Assembly (NCBI RefSeq): GCF_009834535.1
Contig: NC_045697.1
Span: 103,294,001-103,358,000, forward strand
DNA: 64,000 nt
Direction of reading: 5' to 3'
DNA from: Camelus ferus
Taxonomy: Eukaryota
In this document: one piece after another, positions 1 to 11,525 of the stretch
Layout of the letters: the number at the start of each line of letters is the position of its first letter
Position numbering within the stretch: position 1 is the first letter of the stretch
Notes under the pieces: generated by a model
Databases searched by the model: none
Told to the model about the DNA's origin: nothing
The model's input: the letters and a program-made list of their open reading frames with translations, nothing else
Translations under genes and position numbers: made by a program

Positions 1-1924
1 GCCCCGCCCGCTCCTGCCATCACATGGAACAGCAGCACAGTGACTCCTCCTCTTAGTCTCTGCCCCATAGATGTCCCAGCCCCACGCTCCCTGCAATACT
101 GAAATATCCCAATTGCCCAAATACAACCCACCATTCGTCACCTTATTCCCTTCTTAAATACTCCAATAATGTCCTATACAGATTTCAGAACTGTATTTTG
201 AAATTTCCCCTCTGTAAGCAGCTTTCTTTTATCTTCATCAGATGACACCCTTTCCATCCTTTGTCCTATGTCTATATTGTACAGACCTTGCTAACATTAT
301 AGCTCAATGTGATTATTATTTACAGATTCATTTCCACTCTGCACTGAACACCCAGGGAGAGCCTGGTTCTGATTCATTTTTCATCCGCCAGACTTCACAC
401 ATTTGATAAGATTAATCTCTGTCTGTCACATGCATCACCTGAGGCAGGGCACACAGTAGGTGTGCTGTTCTCCCTTCCCTGACCCCTCAGTCTGCCACAG
501 ACACTCAGCCACGCTATGAACTTGAAACAAAACACGAAAGGACGCAGCACTGGCAGTGGCACTGAAATAAACAATAATAATTGGCCATTCCCTTTCTGGG
601 GGCTATCATGGTCCTGAGCTAGTGTTTTTGAATAACGAGAAGCTTAAAACAGCCTCTAGAAGCAATGTCAACGATGCCATCTGGAAAGAGTTCATTTTCT
701 GGAGTGACATTCCTGTCAATCAGATAAATTAAAAATCTTTCCAACTTTGCTATCCTCAAAGATACAAAGTTCTGGGATGGGCACAAAAACGTGGCCCAGG
801 TATGAAAACTAATTCCTGGAGGTGTTGGGTTTATTCCTTAATACTTTGTGAAAAAAAAAGCAAGGCAAACGGACCAAGGGAAGCAAAACAGACAGCCAGG
901 AACGAGCAGAGAGCCTGCCTGGGAACATCCGCCTCTGGGAGCGCCTGGCTCCCGCGGGCACCTGAGGAAGACGAGCTGCTGCCGTCTCCCTTGGCTTTCT
1001 CTTGCTTGATTTTGTCCTTGCCAGAATCAAGATGGAATGAAGAGCTGGGCTGGGTTTCCTGGGTGGCACAGGGAGAGACCAGGCCCCAGCACTACTCCAA
1101 AACGTTATTCCCCAGCAGCTGGACACTCTGTGCCGGGTTTTGTGTTGCTGGAGCTCAACGATGATGTGGGAAGGAAGCAGCCTCCCAGCAGGCACTCCCT
1201 CCCCCGACAACTGGAGCTGGTCCTCAGCGCAACATGGATGAATGCAGCTCCGCTCTTGCTATGAAAATGAAGACCCTGATGCCTGGATGCCCGAGTGCTT
1301 TTCTTCCTTCCCTCTTTCTTCCCCTACCTTCTCTCTCTCCAGGAGTCATGCCATAAAACAGAAGCACTGGCACACTGAGACAGGCCTTAAGTTCTCTGAA
1401 AGACTCAGCTGGGACATGCTTCTCCACAGGAAGTTACATATTAAACTTCAGTGTCTCTACGATGTGGCCCTTGATTCATTCTTACAGCGTCCAGAGTATA
1501 GTCGTCCTCAGTGAGGAGAAGTTCCCCAGTCTCGCTCTGAGGAATGGAACCCATGCCTGGGGCTTTTGCTACATCCCAGGAGAGGCAACACAGGCTCCTA
1601 CTGTCCTTGCTGGACACACTAGTCATCTGTTCCTGGGGAAAAGGAGAAGGAACGCTCTCCATGAAAGGAAACAGCAGTGCAGCAATTTTCTCTAGTTCTA
1701 ACCCACAAGAACCTTCAAGAGCAGCATTTTCCACCTGCCTCCTCTCGGAACACAGAGTGGGAGACTTACAAGACGCATGGCCTCCAGACTTGAGGATAAA
1801 CAGGCACAGCTGAGGGCAGGGCTGATAAATGGTGTGAGGTATGGAATTGAAATTTTTCCTCCTTAATTAAAAAGGGGGGGGGCGACTGTATTTTTCAACA
1901 GAAAAGCCTTACAGTGACCTCCAG

Positions 1925-1963
1925 CACACACACACGCGCACACACACACACACACACACACCA
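1925..1963. repeat. (CA)n microsatellite, interrupted by CGCG
   Basis: cacacacacacgcgcacacacacacacacacacacac. Confidence 0.9.
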
Positions 1964-2165
1964 CATTTTACTCAGGACCACACTGGAGTAACTGAGCAAA
2001 CCATGAGACCAAGCCAGTATCTATGAGGAAGACATGCAGATATCTGCACAAACTTAATTAATTCATGAAACCATTCACTACATTAAACCATCTTTTCCAA
2101 GTGGTAAAACTGACCTTCACAGTAATCCAAACATTAAGAGAATTTTGTTTAAAATGATGGAACTA

Positions 2166-2298
2166 TGAAGGAGGTTGTAGAGCGCGTGCTTAGCATGCAT
2201 GAGGTCCTGGGTTCAATCCCCAGTACTGTCATTAAAAATAAATAAATAAACCTAATTACTCCCCTCCTCCAAAATTTTTTTTTAAATAAAAAATAAAA
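2166..2298 (+). mobile_element. tRNA-Ala-derived SINE (camelid vic-1-like), A-box partly deleted
   Basis: gtagagcgcgtgcttagcatgcatgaggtcctgggttcaatccccag head, cctaattact motif and A-rich tail. TSD taaaatgatgga(a/g)cta at 2150-2165 and 2299-2314. Confidence 0.85.
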
Positions 2299-5023
2299 TA
2301 AAATGATGGAGCTAGGTTTTTTCGTATGCCCCTTACCTTCTTCCCGCCCCCTCCCCACACACATACACACGCACATCTTTTAATTTCTATCACAATTTCA
2401 AAGATATTTTATCAGAATTGGCCTTTTGAACTGGATCACCAAAACCATAAATGCATTTGCATTTCCTCACTCTAGCAGTATACCACCTGGCGACTAGGAA
2501 GGAGAAGTAACAAAGGTTGAAACAGTGAGCTATGCACACTAGAAATCACACTTAAGCGGACAGACGTAAGCAGGGGGTCAAATTAGAAACAATAAGGAAC
2601 ACCAAGTGTTCCATTTTATTAATTCTAAGTCTGCAAAGAACCAGTATTCCCTAAAAAAATGGAACTCAAACTTTAAAGCTAATAAAGGCTTAGTGAGACC
2701 TGGAAGTTCCCTTTCCAGCGTCCAAGAAACAGATCATTTTCCATCAGAGCAAAGCACCTGCAGTTCATTCTTCTATTCATTTTTCAGTGAGTCTTTGCAT
2801 CCCCTACCTCGGCAAGCAACGAACACAGGTGGTCCTTGCCTGAGCTGACATAGCTGGACATTTGCTAGTGCGTTTTCAGACCGGCTGCAAAACTGGGCCC
2901 CGAGCTGCAGCACAAGTTTTGGACTCAATTCAGGGTATGACACTGTCCGGTGTTAAACCACACGGCGGGCGGGGGGGGGGGGTTCCCTGACGTAAAGGAA
3001 GGTACCTCGGAGTGGTCACGTGGAATTTGATCACAAGTCAGAAGACATCCATCCCACATCACAAATGCTGCATTTGATTTCACTTTCGTCCAAATAACAA
3101 GAATTAAAATCCTCAGCCACTGGGGGCTCTGGGAGATCAGCTTCTCCAACCAGCAGATGATGCGGAGGGGCCAGGCATTATCTACTGAACTCTGAGTGTC
3201 CCGGCATTAGTGTAAAACCTCTCCCAGCCGTCTTGTTTTCTTTTCATTTCATGATTTCACTAGAAATTAGCTAAAGCGGTGCATTTAAACTGCATGTCTG
3301 CCATTTGGTAACACTCCAAATGATCTCATTTTTTAAAAATTAACCTATTTTTCATCTCATGTGCGGAATATACTTTTCTTGTCTCACGTTCAAAAAAGGA
3401 GGAAAAAAAGGAAAAGGGTCAATTAAAGTATCTGATCTAAACTTAAAGCTATTTAACATCATTATCCTTTGCCATTTAATAAATCTATGTCCTGTCCACT
3501 TCATCTGCTGTGATTAATAGGCCTGTCTGTATCCTTCTATGAACCTGTATGCAGGAAGGGTGGGGAGTGGGGGGAGTATGCAGGTAGGTTTTAAACAGAA
3601 CTCCTGAGAGATTTAGTAGAATCCCTGCTGACATAAAAAATGACCAAAAAGCAAGGTCCATCTCCGTCTGGCGACGGGTTGGCCTCTGCTGGATGCTCCA
3701 CGAGGAGGAAGATGAGCAGAAGGAGCCCTGGGAGAGGATGGAGCCAACAAAGTCTTATTTCAATAACTCAGAGTTTTACCAAACTTTTAAATATTTTCCA
3801 CTAACAGATGGTAAAAGGGCTTGAGTATATGCAGACTAGTTTAAAATGCTTTTCTTAGGTGGTGCTAAATATTACTGAATCGTGTCCCAAGGAGATCTCT
3901 GCTGAGGAGCCCTGGCTGCTTCTCTGGCATCGGTCAATGTCTCTAGCAGGCAGGGGAGGACTGGTGGGGTGGAGCAGAGAGCAGAACAGCACATAAAGAG
4001 AGAGACGAGGACCCAGGGGCCACCAAGGGTGCATACGGGCAGTGGCAGACAGGGTGGGAAGAGAACGTAGGCTCAGGCAGGAGAGGGTGCCATCTAGTTC
4101 ACCTCGGCACCCTCGATGCCCCAAACGGGGCTTGGAAAGTAACAGGAGCTCAGTAAATAGTGTTGAATGAATAAGTAAAAGGAAAGAAACAAAAAGAGCA
4201 CTGCAAAGAAGCAATGGAAAGCGATGATGAGAAGTAGAGAAAAAGCTAAAAGCACAGGGTTCATTTAACCCCCAAGAAAGCTGTACAAACTTTTGCCAAA
4301 AATCAAAGCCCTAACAGCCAATGATACACGAGCCTCTGTGCTCGATGGGGCAACGTCCCTGGTACCAGAGCTGCGGGAACCCTTGGAGAGGGAACAGGAG
4401 CATCTGATGGTGGGAGATGTTCCCTCTGGGCTCTTAATTCCCCACACTCCTTGGAGACACGGAATGCACGGATCGCCTCACGATGCACTTTGGCTGTATT
4501 TCAACCTTCTTTTCTAAATGTTTTTAAAATAAAAGCAACTTCCAAGTAGGGTAAGCGACTCATTTGAATGGCCCTTCCTCTCCCTGTTCCTGTGTCCTCT
4601 CTAGCCCAGGTGGTAAAGAGCAACAGCATAGCAAGCGGGGGCAGGCGGACAGGGAGAGGGGAGCCCCTAACTGAGAAGCAGGTCCTAATACTTCGGCCCT
4701 CCCTGCTACACATTAGGGTGAGGATTCAGCCCCGTTGTTTCTAAGAAAGATGAGAAAGAGTCACATCAGAAGAGTTTTCTCATATGAACGACAGAGAAAA
4801 TACCTTAAACAGCATTAGAGTGGAAAACACAGGGTACAAAAGGTTTCAGCACAAGCAATGGAAAGGAGAAAACCTTTGGTCTTGATTAAATTATCCAGAG
4901 TCCCCAGTTTTCTTCTGCATTCCACAGCTTAAAAAAAAAAAGTGCAGGAAAAAAATTATCTACATATTATCCAATACATTGGCTACATAAGCCCTAATGA
5001 ACTCCAAGTGAAGATTCCTACCC

Positions 5024-5232
5024 ATTTATTTATTTTATTTTTTTAAAATCCCATACATGTTTTATTAAGTGCATACATAAATATTTCACTTGCTCTGGAG
5101 AGATTATAAATGGTACTGATTTTTCTTTGCAACTTTTTTTCTTTTCTTTTTTTCAGTGGAGGTACTAGGAATTGAACCTGGACATCGTGCATGCTAAGCA
5201 GGTGTTCTACACTGAGCTCTACCCCATCCTCC
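5024..5232 (-). mobile_element. tRNA-Ala-derived SINE with extended 3' segment
   Basis: Reverse complement of about 5155-5230 gives an agctcagtg...gcttagcatgcacg...ggttcaattcctagtacctccac head. The A-rich tail continues to about 5025. tcctaccc direct repeats at 5016-5023 and 5233-5240. Confidence 0.8.
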
Positions 5233-6538
5233 TCCTACCCCTATTTAAATGCAGAGTGAGGGACAACGATTCTGCTCTCCAGATACATCCCGCAAATCAC
5301 TGCCATTTCACCGTTAGTCCCTCAGTTCTGCTAAAGGTCTCTCGCCCTCTCCACCAAAGGGCCATTGGGATAACTTTGGTAACGTGTGTGTGGACCACAG
5401 AAAGCTTGCCCCCTTGGATGCTCTGACTCCAAAACAGTAGAAAGACCCTCTGGCAGTGACAGCAGGGGAATGTGCGTGTATGTTTAGGTGGGTTTACGGA
5501 GCTAAGGTTGGCAGTAGCAGGAAGTAAAGGAAACAAGTTCATGATTTGTTCTTGAAACAGTGAGTCCCACCCCTTGATTTTGGACGTACGAGAAAATGCA
5601 GTGGGTCACGTGTCTATTCTATCATGGTTCCCCCGCTTCTCCAGAGGTGGAAGTAAGGAATACAAGCAGACAGCGAGCCACGGGAAACCAGGAAATGTGC
5701 TCGAATCCAGCTGCCAGCCCGTATTTAGAAAATAGGAAGTAAATCAACACAAACTCAGGATGGCCTAAATATGGGGGCAGGGGGGATACACACATGCGTG
5801 GAGTAAATAGAAGACTTATTAGGAAGGAAGACCAAGGATGTCACAGGCAGGTCCTCACAGTCTGATGATGAGAAAATACCACTTTTCAATCCTTTGCCTT
5901 CCTACAAGAGCAACAGAAGTCTTAAGGGAGAAATAGTCTCTCTTCAGAAAAGCTTTCCACTCTTGGGCTAACATGGACACTTCCCTGCTCAACGGAAACT
6001 GGCCCCATTGCTCCCCCCTCAACCAGTGTATCTTCCGATGCTTAATGTGGCTGATCGGCTCGGGTACCACCACCCAGGGAGCCCCTGCTCAGTGGGACGT
6101 GGCCACTCCACAGCAGAGAGAGGACTCCCTTCTCCAGATCTGTGTTATCAGCCAGTACCCAGATGGGCACAGAAGCCCTGGGGTTTAATTACAGATGCAA
6201 ATGTTCCCCTTCTTTGACATGAATAAGTTCAAGGTGAAAGGTTAATAGGGTGATGGGGAGAAAAGCCACCGTGCGATGAGAATGCTTTAGATCTCTCCTT
6301 GAGGAGCATGACAGTGTGCTCTCCCTCACAAGACCACCGTATGGCCAGAAAGTCTGACGGGAGGGACCATAACAAGCTAGAGCGAGGTAAGAGAGTCTAA
6401 TGCAGTGAGAAGGTACACAGCTTCTAGCCGGCAGGGAAACTGGTCCTCTTGAGTGAAACATGGAACAGAAATGTTTCATTGGTTACTCAAATATCTGCAT
6501 CCACACTGCAATTGGCTCCCCCAGAAAACAAAGCTTCT

Positions 6539-6721
6539 GAGGGGGGAAGGTCTAGCTCAGTGGTGGAGCATGTGCTTAGCATGCACAGGGTCCTGGGTTC
6601 CATCCTCAGCACCTCCATTTTAAATAAATAAATAAATACATAAACAAATAAATAAATAAACCAACCAACCAACCTAATTACTCCCCCCTCACAAAATTTT
6701 AAATTAAAATTAAAAAAAAAT
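6539..6721 (+). mobile_element. tRNA-Ala-derived SINE
   Basis: tagctcagtggtggagcatgtgcttagcatgcacagggtcctgggttccatcc head; (TAAA)n/cctaattact tail. TSD gaaaa(c/g)aaagcttct at 6524-6538 and 6722-6736. Confidence 0.88.
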
Positions 6722-6809
6722 GAAAAGAAAGCTTCTTCTCAGAGTTACCATCATCAAATAGTAGTTAGTGATGGCCTCTCTGTGCTACAATTTGTGTTGT
6801 GGATAATGT

Positions 6810-6970
6810 CTGTAATAACCTAATATGAAAAAGAATATATACATATATATGTATAATGGAATTGCTGTGCTGTTCACCAGAAAGTAACACAACATTGTAC
6901 ATCAACTATACTTCAATTTAAACAAACAAACAAACAAATAAATAAATAAATAAAAGTTTTAAAAAAGAAA
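6810..6970 (+). mobile_element. L1 extreme 3' end fragment
   Basis: tgtaataacc...gaaaaagaatatat...ctgttcaccagaaagtaacacaacattgtacatcaactatacttcaat plus A-rich tail; matches the other L1 3' ends in the window. Confidence 0.75.
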
Positions 6971-8351
6971 ATGTTGGTAGATTTTTTTGTTCTGTAATTT
7001 ATACCAGAAAACAGAAGACAACACAGGAAAACAGAAGGGCAGCTACACCAACTGTGAATGCATTTCTTAGAGGTCATTCTTAATTCTTTCGCTGAGTATT
7101 GTAAAGGATCTGGTACCCCTCCGCCACGCCCAACCCCACCCTGCACCCCTGCTTACAGCCCTCCCCTACCCACCACCATAGTCAAACCCCCTTCCTTCCC
7201 CAGTCCAGCCAAACAGAAGAGGAATCTGTAACAAAGGTGGAGTACATGAAATTCCTTTCTGAGTTCTTGCCTGGTTTCTGGGAATGCAGGCCAATACAAA
7301 TTTTCCTTAACATATGAGCGATGCAGCAGAGATGATCATAAACAAGAGCCTTTTGAGGCCGGCCGGTCTGAGTCCCGGCCTCAGTGTGGGAGGTGGAGGA
7401 AGCCGTGTCAAGACAGCGAAAGGGTGGCCGAGGGCCGAGAGCTCTGAGGGGAGGAGGAGGCACTGAGGCGCTGGCCTGGGGCGTGAGTCAAGGAGCCCCC
7501 ACACGAGGCGCGGGAGCAGCAGAGCCACTCGGGTGTTCGGGCTCAGGGATCTGGAAGCTGAGTGTGGAATTTCAAAATAAACAGAAGGGCACGAATTGGT
7601 CAAAGAGCAAGGGTGGCACCAGTTACGGAGGAGCTTCTGTGAGAAGCAAAGCCCTGCTTCTAGCTGGGAAGAGAACGGCCCTTCCAGAGCTGCACCCAGC
7701 AAGTCCCCGCTCTGTCCTGACTAAATGATCGGCTAAATAACACTGAGTACATCCTCTGAGCTTAACAAGACCTACACCTTCAAGAAAAGAATTCTCTGGG
7801 TATACAAACAGGTCACATTTTTATCTTATTAAAATGATCGATTCCCTGTTTGTATAAGAGAGCCAAACAGATCCAATTCTCACTGGGTTTCAAGTGCTAA
7901 AAAAAAAGAGGCTAATTCCTTATTTAAGATTTAACTTCCCCAGGTATGGATTTTCTGTCTATGTGTATGTCTATATATGCATACATATTTGTACACACAG
8001 GTATATCCTGAGAGCTGTTTAGCATATATATGGTAAAGAGGAACGTGATCTCCTCATTAGTTGTAAACCTACTGTCGTCACATTCATTATAAGTCATCTA
8101 AAAAGCTGACATATCAATATTCTTTGGCATCAGCTGAAGTACGGAATGCTTTAGCAAACACAGAAATCAGAGAGGTCAACTCCACCATGGAAGTATTTAT
8201 TCAATAGACTAGGTTTCATAGGCTTTGCATCTGAAAATTGAATACAGTGCTAATACAGGTAAAGACAGGCTTTCATGTTAATACTAAAGAAGTCTGCATT
8301 TTTTCACCTAATTTCTGGAATTACGGAAATCTGATAATTCCCTAATTATCC

Positions 8352-9426
8352 AAGCAACAAGCAACAAAAGAAAAGAGGTAAGTTGGTTTATATCAAAACT
8401 AAAACCTTTGGTGCTTCAAATAATACTGTCAAGAAAGTGAAGGGACCATCACCGAGGAAGGAATTGCAAATCACAGATCTGACAGAGACTTACATCCGGA
8501 ATATATAAGGAGCTTTTACAACTCACGAGTAAAAAGAGAATTAAAAAGCGGGAGGACTCGCATAGACATTTCTCCAGAGAAGATACACAAATGGCCAACA
8601 AGCACATGAAAATACGCTGAACATCATTAGTCATCAGAGAAATGCAAATCAAAACCACAATGAGATACTAGTTCACGCCCAGCATGATGGCTATAATAAA
8701 AAAGAGAGACAATAACAACTTTTGGCAAGGATGTGGAAAAACTGGAACTTTCAGCCTTTGCTGTAGGGGATATAAGATGGTGCAGCTGCTTTGGGAAACA
8801 GCTTGGCAGTTTCTCAGAATGTTAAACATAGAGTTATCATTTGACATGGTAATTCCACTTGCAGGTTTATACTCAAGAGAAACAAAACATATGTCTACCC
8901 AAAAACTTGCACAGGAATTTTTTATCAGCAAAAGTTCGACAGCAATCCAAATGTTCAACGATGGATGAATGGACAAACAAAATGTGATATATCTGCTTTA
9001 TGCCATGTGTAAAACTAGTGTTATATTAATTGGTATATCCAGCCCAATAATATCCAATGGAATATTATTCAGCCCTAAAAAGGAATAAAGCACTGATGCA
9101 TATTACAACATAGGTGAGCCTTGAAAACATTATGCTAAGAGAAAGAAGCCACTACATAATTACACTCATATGGAATGTCTAGAATAGGAAAATAATGTAT
9201 TGAGACAGACAGATTAGGGGCTGGGAGGGTACTGAGGGTCGGGGGTGGTAAGGAGTAACTGCTAATGGGTACAGAGCTTTTTGGGGGGTGATGAAAATGT
9301 TCTGTGATTAGATGTAATGGTGTTTGCACAACTCTGTGAATATACTAAAATCCATGGAATTGCACACTTTAAATGGGCAGATTTTATAGTATATGAATTA
9401 TATCTCAATAAAGATGTTTAAAAAAA
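8352..9426 (+). mobile_element. Old L1 (L1MB-like) ORF2 3' end and 3' UTR, degenerate
   Basis: Recognisable L1 segments: agacatttctccagagaagatacacaaatggccaacaagcacatgaaa, gaaatgcaaatcaaaaccacaatgagatac, and terminal tatatctcaataaagatgtttaaaaaaa. Confidence 0.85.
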
Positions 9427-9445
9427 GCAATTTAGAAGTTCCCTC

Positions 9446-9561
9446 AGTTGGAGGTAGGGAATACAGCTCAGTGGTAGGGCTCGTGCTTGGCAAGCACAAG
9501 GTCCTGGGTTCAATCCAGTGCCTCCATTAGGGGGAACTTTTTTAAAATTAAAAAAGAAAGC
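9446..9561 (+). mobile_element. tRNA-Ala-derived SINE, diverged
   Basis: acagctcagtggtagggctcgtgcttggcaagcacaaggtcctgggttcaatcc. TSD aagttccctc at 9436-9445 and 9562-9571. Confidence 0.8.
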
Positions 9562-10340
9562 AAGTTCCCTCGAAAACAGAACAAGTGAAAAAGAGCATTT
9601 TTCAATTTCAGACTGCCATTTGACATTTTTATGCTTTCAAATTCCTCAGTACCATGCATCTGACAATGTGATAAATAGACAACATCAATAAAATAAATAA
9701 AACACTTTTTTTTAACTGATACTTCTAAATTACTCTCGAACTCTTTTATAGCTTTGCTAACATGGCCACCTGCTCACCCTAGGAGCGAGCTCCAACTTTG
9801 AACCGGATGGAAGCAAGTAGAACCACAGAACTAGGTAACACCAGGCCTCCCAGGTTCTGCCCACCATTCAATTAAATAACTAGGAAGTGAGGGAGGGGAA
9901 TGTGAAATAACATTAATGTAAGACGAAAAGCCTGATTTTCCATCCTTGCAGATTATGACTGAAGTCAGACTGAAGTCACAGCTTATGCAGTTTGCTAGAC
10001 TACAATTTTCCAAGGGAGAAATACCAAATAGATGACTGACTTGGTTTTGCCCTGAGAAGTTATTTAGCTAAAATCTCTCGTTTATCTCAAAGAGTTCTCT
10101 GGAATAAAAGAGCCTCCGATGTGATATTTGATTTGTTGGCGGTGGGGGTGGGGAGCTTTTTCCTCCTAAAAGAACGCACACACCACCCAGGAATAATCAT
10201 CACATTTAACAGCAAAGAACATTGAAAAAAGTATTATTATCTGAGGCTTACAACCAAGACTAGCTTGATTTATTAGGCACATGTTCCCTTCAGAAAAAGG
10301 TTCCCAGTTACCGTTATTTCATAATAAATTAAAAAGAATC

Positions 10341-10592
10341 AGAGGCAGGGGCAGGCGGAGAGATAAATTAGGAGTTCAGGATTGAGATACATAAAATAGA
10401 TAAACAACTATCTTTTGTTAATAGCACAGGGAACTATATTCAATATCTTGTAATAGTCTATAGTGAAAAAGAATATATATATATATACACACACATATAT
10501 ATATGTATATGTATATGTATAACTGAATCACTATGCTGTACACCAGAAACTAACACTACATTGTAAATCAAGTATACTTTGCTTAAAAAAAA
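10341..10592 (+). mobile_element. 5'-truncated L1 3' UTR
   Basis: gataaattaggagtt...atagcacagggaactatattcaatatcttgtaat...ctgtacaccagaaactaac...polyA. TSD aaaaagaatc at 10331-10340 and 10593-10602. Confidence 0.85.
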
Positions 10593-10734
10593 AAAAAGAA
10601 TCTTCACTGGGGAGAGATGATTCTTTTTAAAAAGTAAAATGTGCATTTAAGATAGCTTTCTTCTCTGTCAGCTTCAACCTAATGCACTCTTTTCAGATGG
10701 ACAAAACTTACTTCTCCAATGAACCATTTCCTCA

Positions 10735-10890
10735 GCACCGTGCTTCTCAAAACCTAGCTTTCAGAATCTCTTCCAGCGCTTGTAAAAAGAGAAAAACCTC
10801 AGAGTTTCAGCTGGGTCCGCAGGAGGCCTCACTAATTGGCATTTCTATCACTTCCCGTGGTCTGAGGACCACACTTTGAGAAGCATCGCC
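10735..10890. mobile_element. MER5-like hAT-Charlie MITE
   Basis: Inverted termini gtgcttctcaaa ... tttgagaagcat, with internal ggtctgaggaccacactttgagaa. Confidence 0.6.
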
Positions 10891-11059
10891 TTAGCACATC
10901 CAGAGTGGGTGCTGGCTGGGCAGTCTTCTCCAAGACTCCACCCGAAAGGAAAGGTCACAACACATTTACCTTCAATATTTAAGTAACAGTAATTACCATT
11001 ATCTGCTCCTCAAACTTTTGGGGTTCATACATATTGCTTATCTTTCTGGTCTCACAGCA

Positions 11060-11525
11060 CCCTCACACTTGCCCACCCAAGGTACCTTTCTGGGGACCCG
11101 TCTCCTCCTGGCATGTCTGCCCATCATGCCCTCGCCCCTCGATACAGTAGAAGTTTCCACCGGGGGACCCTGATCGGAGCTGAGGCGATTGGCTAGAATT
11201 TGGGATTGGGATTAAGAAATTTCTGTTCAGCTGCTCTTTGGAACAAGAAGTACACTCAGAAGCAGTTGGCAATTGCCATTTTCCACCCTGTGGGTTGGGT
11301 ACCAGGAAAAGTCCATGTGGATGCCCAGAGAAGCAAGATGAGCCAGGGTCCCCCAAGTCCCCCTGTCCCTGGCTTCAGTGGAGGCTGGACACCCTCTTGC
11401 ATCCCTGCCCTTGGGCTCATCCCGTAAGTAAACCCCAAACCTGCACCTTCTATTCGATTCCTTTTTCCTGCCTCAACTGGCTGAAGAGGACTTGTTACTC
11501 ACAACCAGAGCTCTAATTGTTAACA
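11060..11525 (+). mobile_element. Possible old ERVL solo LTR (LTR16/LTR33-like)
   Basis: The 3' end ttgttactcacaaccagagctctaattgttaaca resembles ERVL LTR termini. Boundaries are approximate. Confidence 0.4.
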
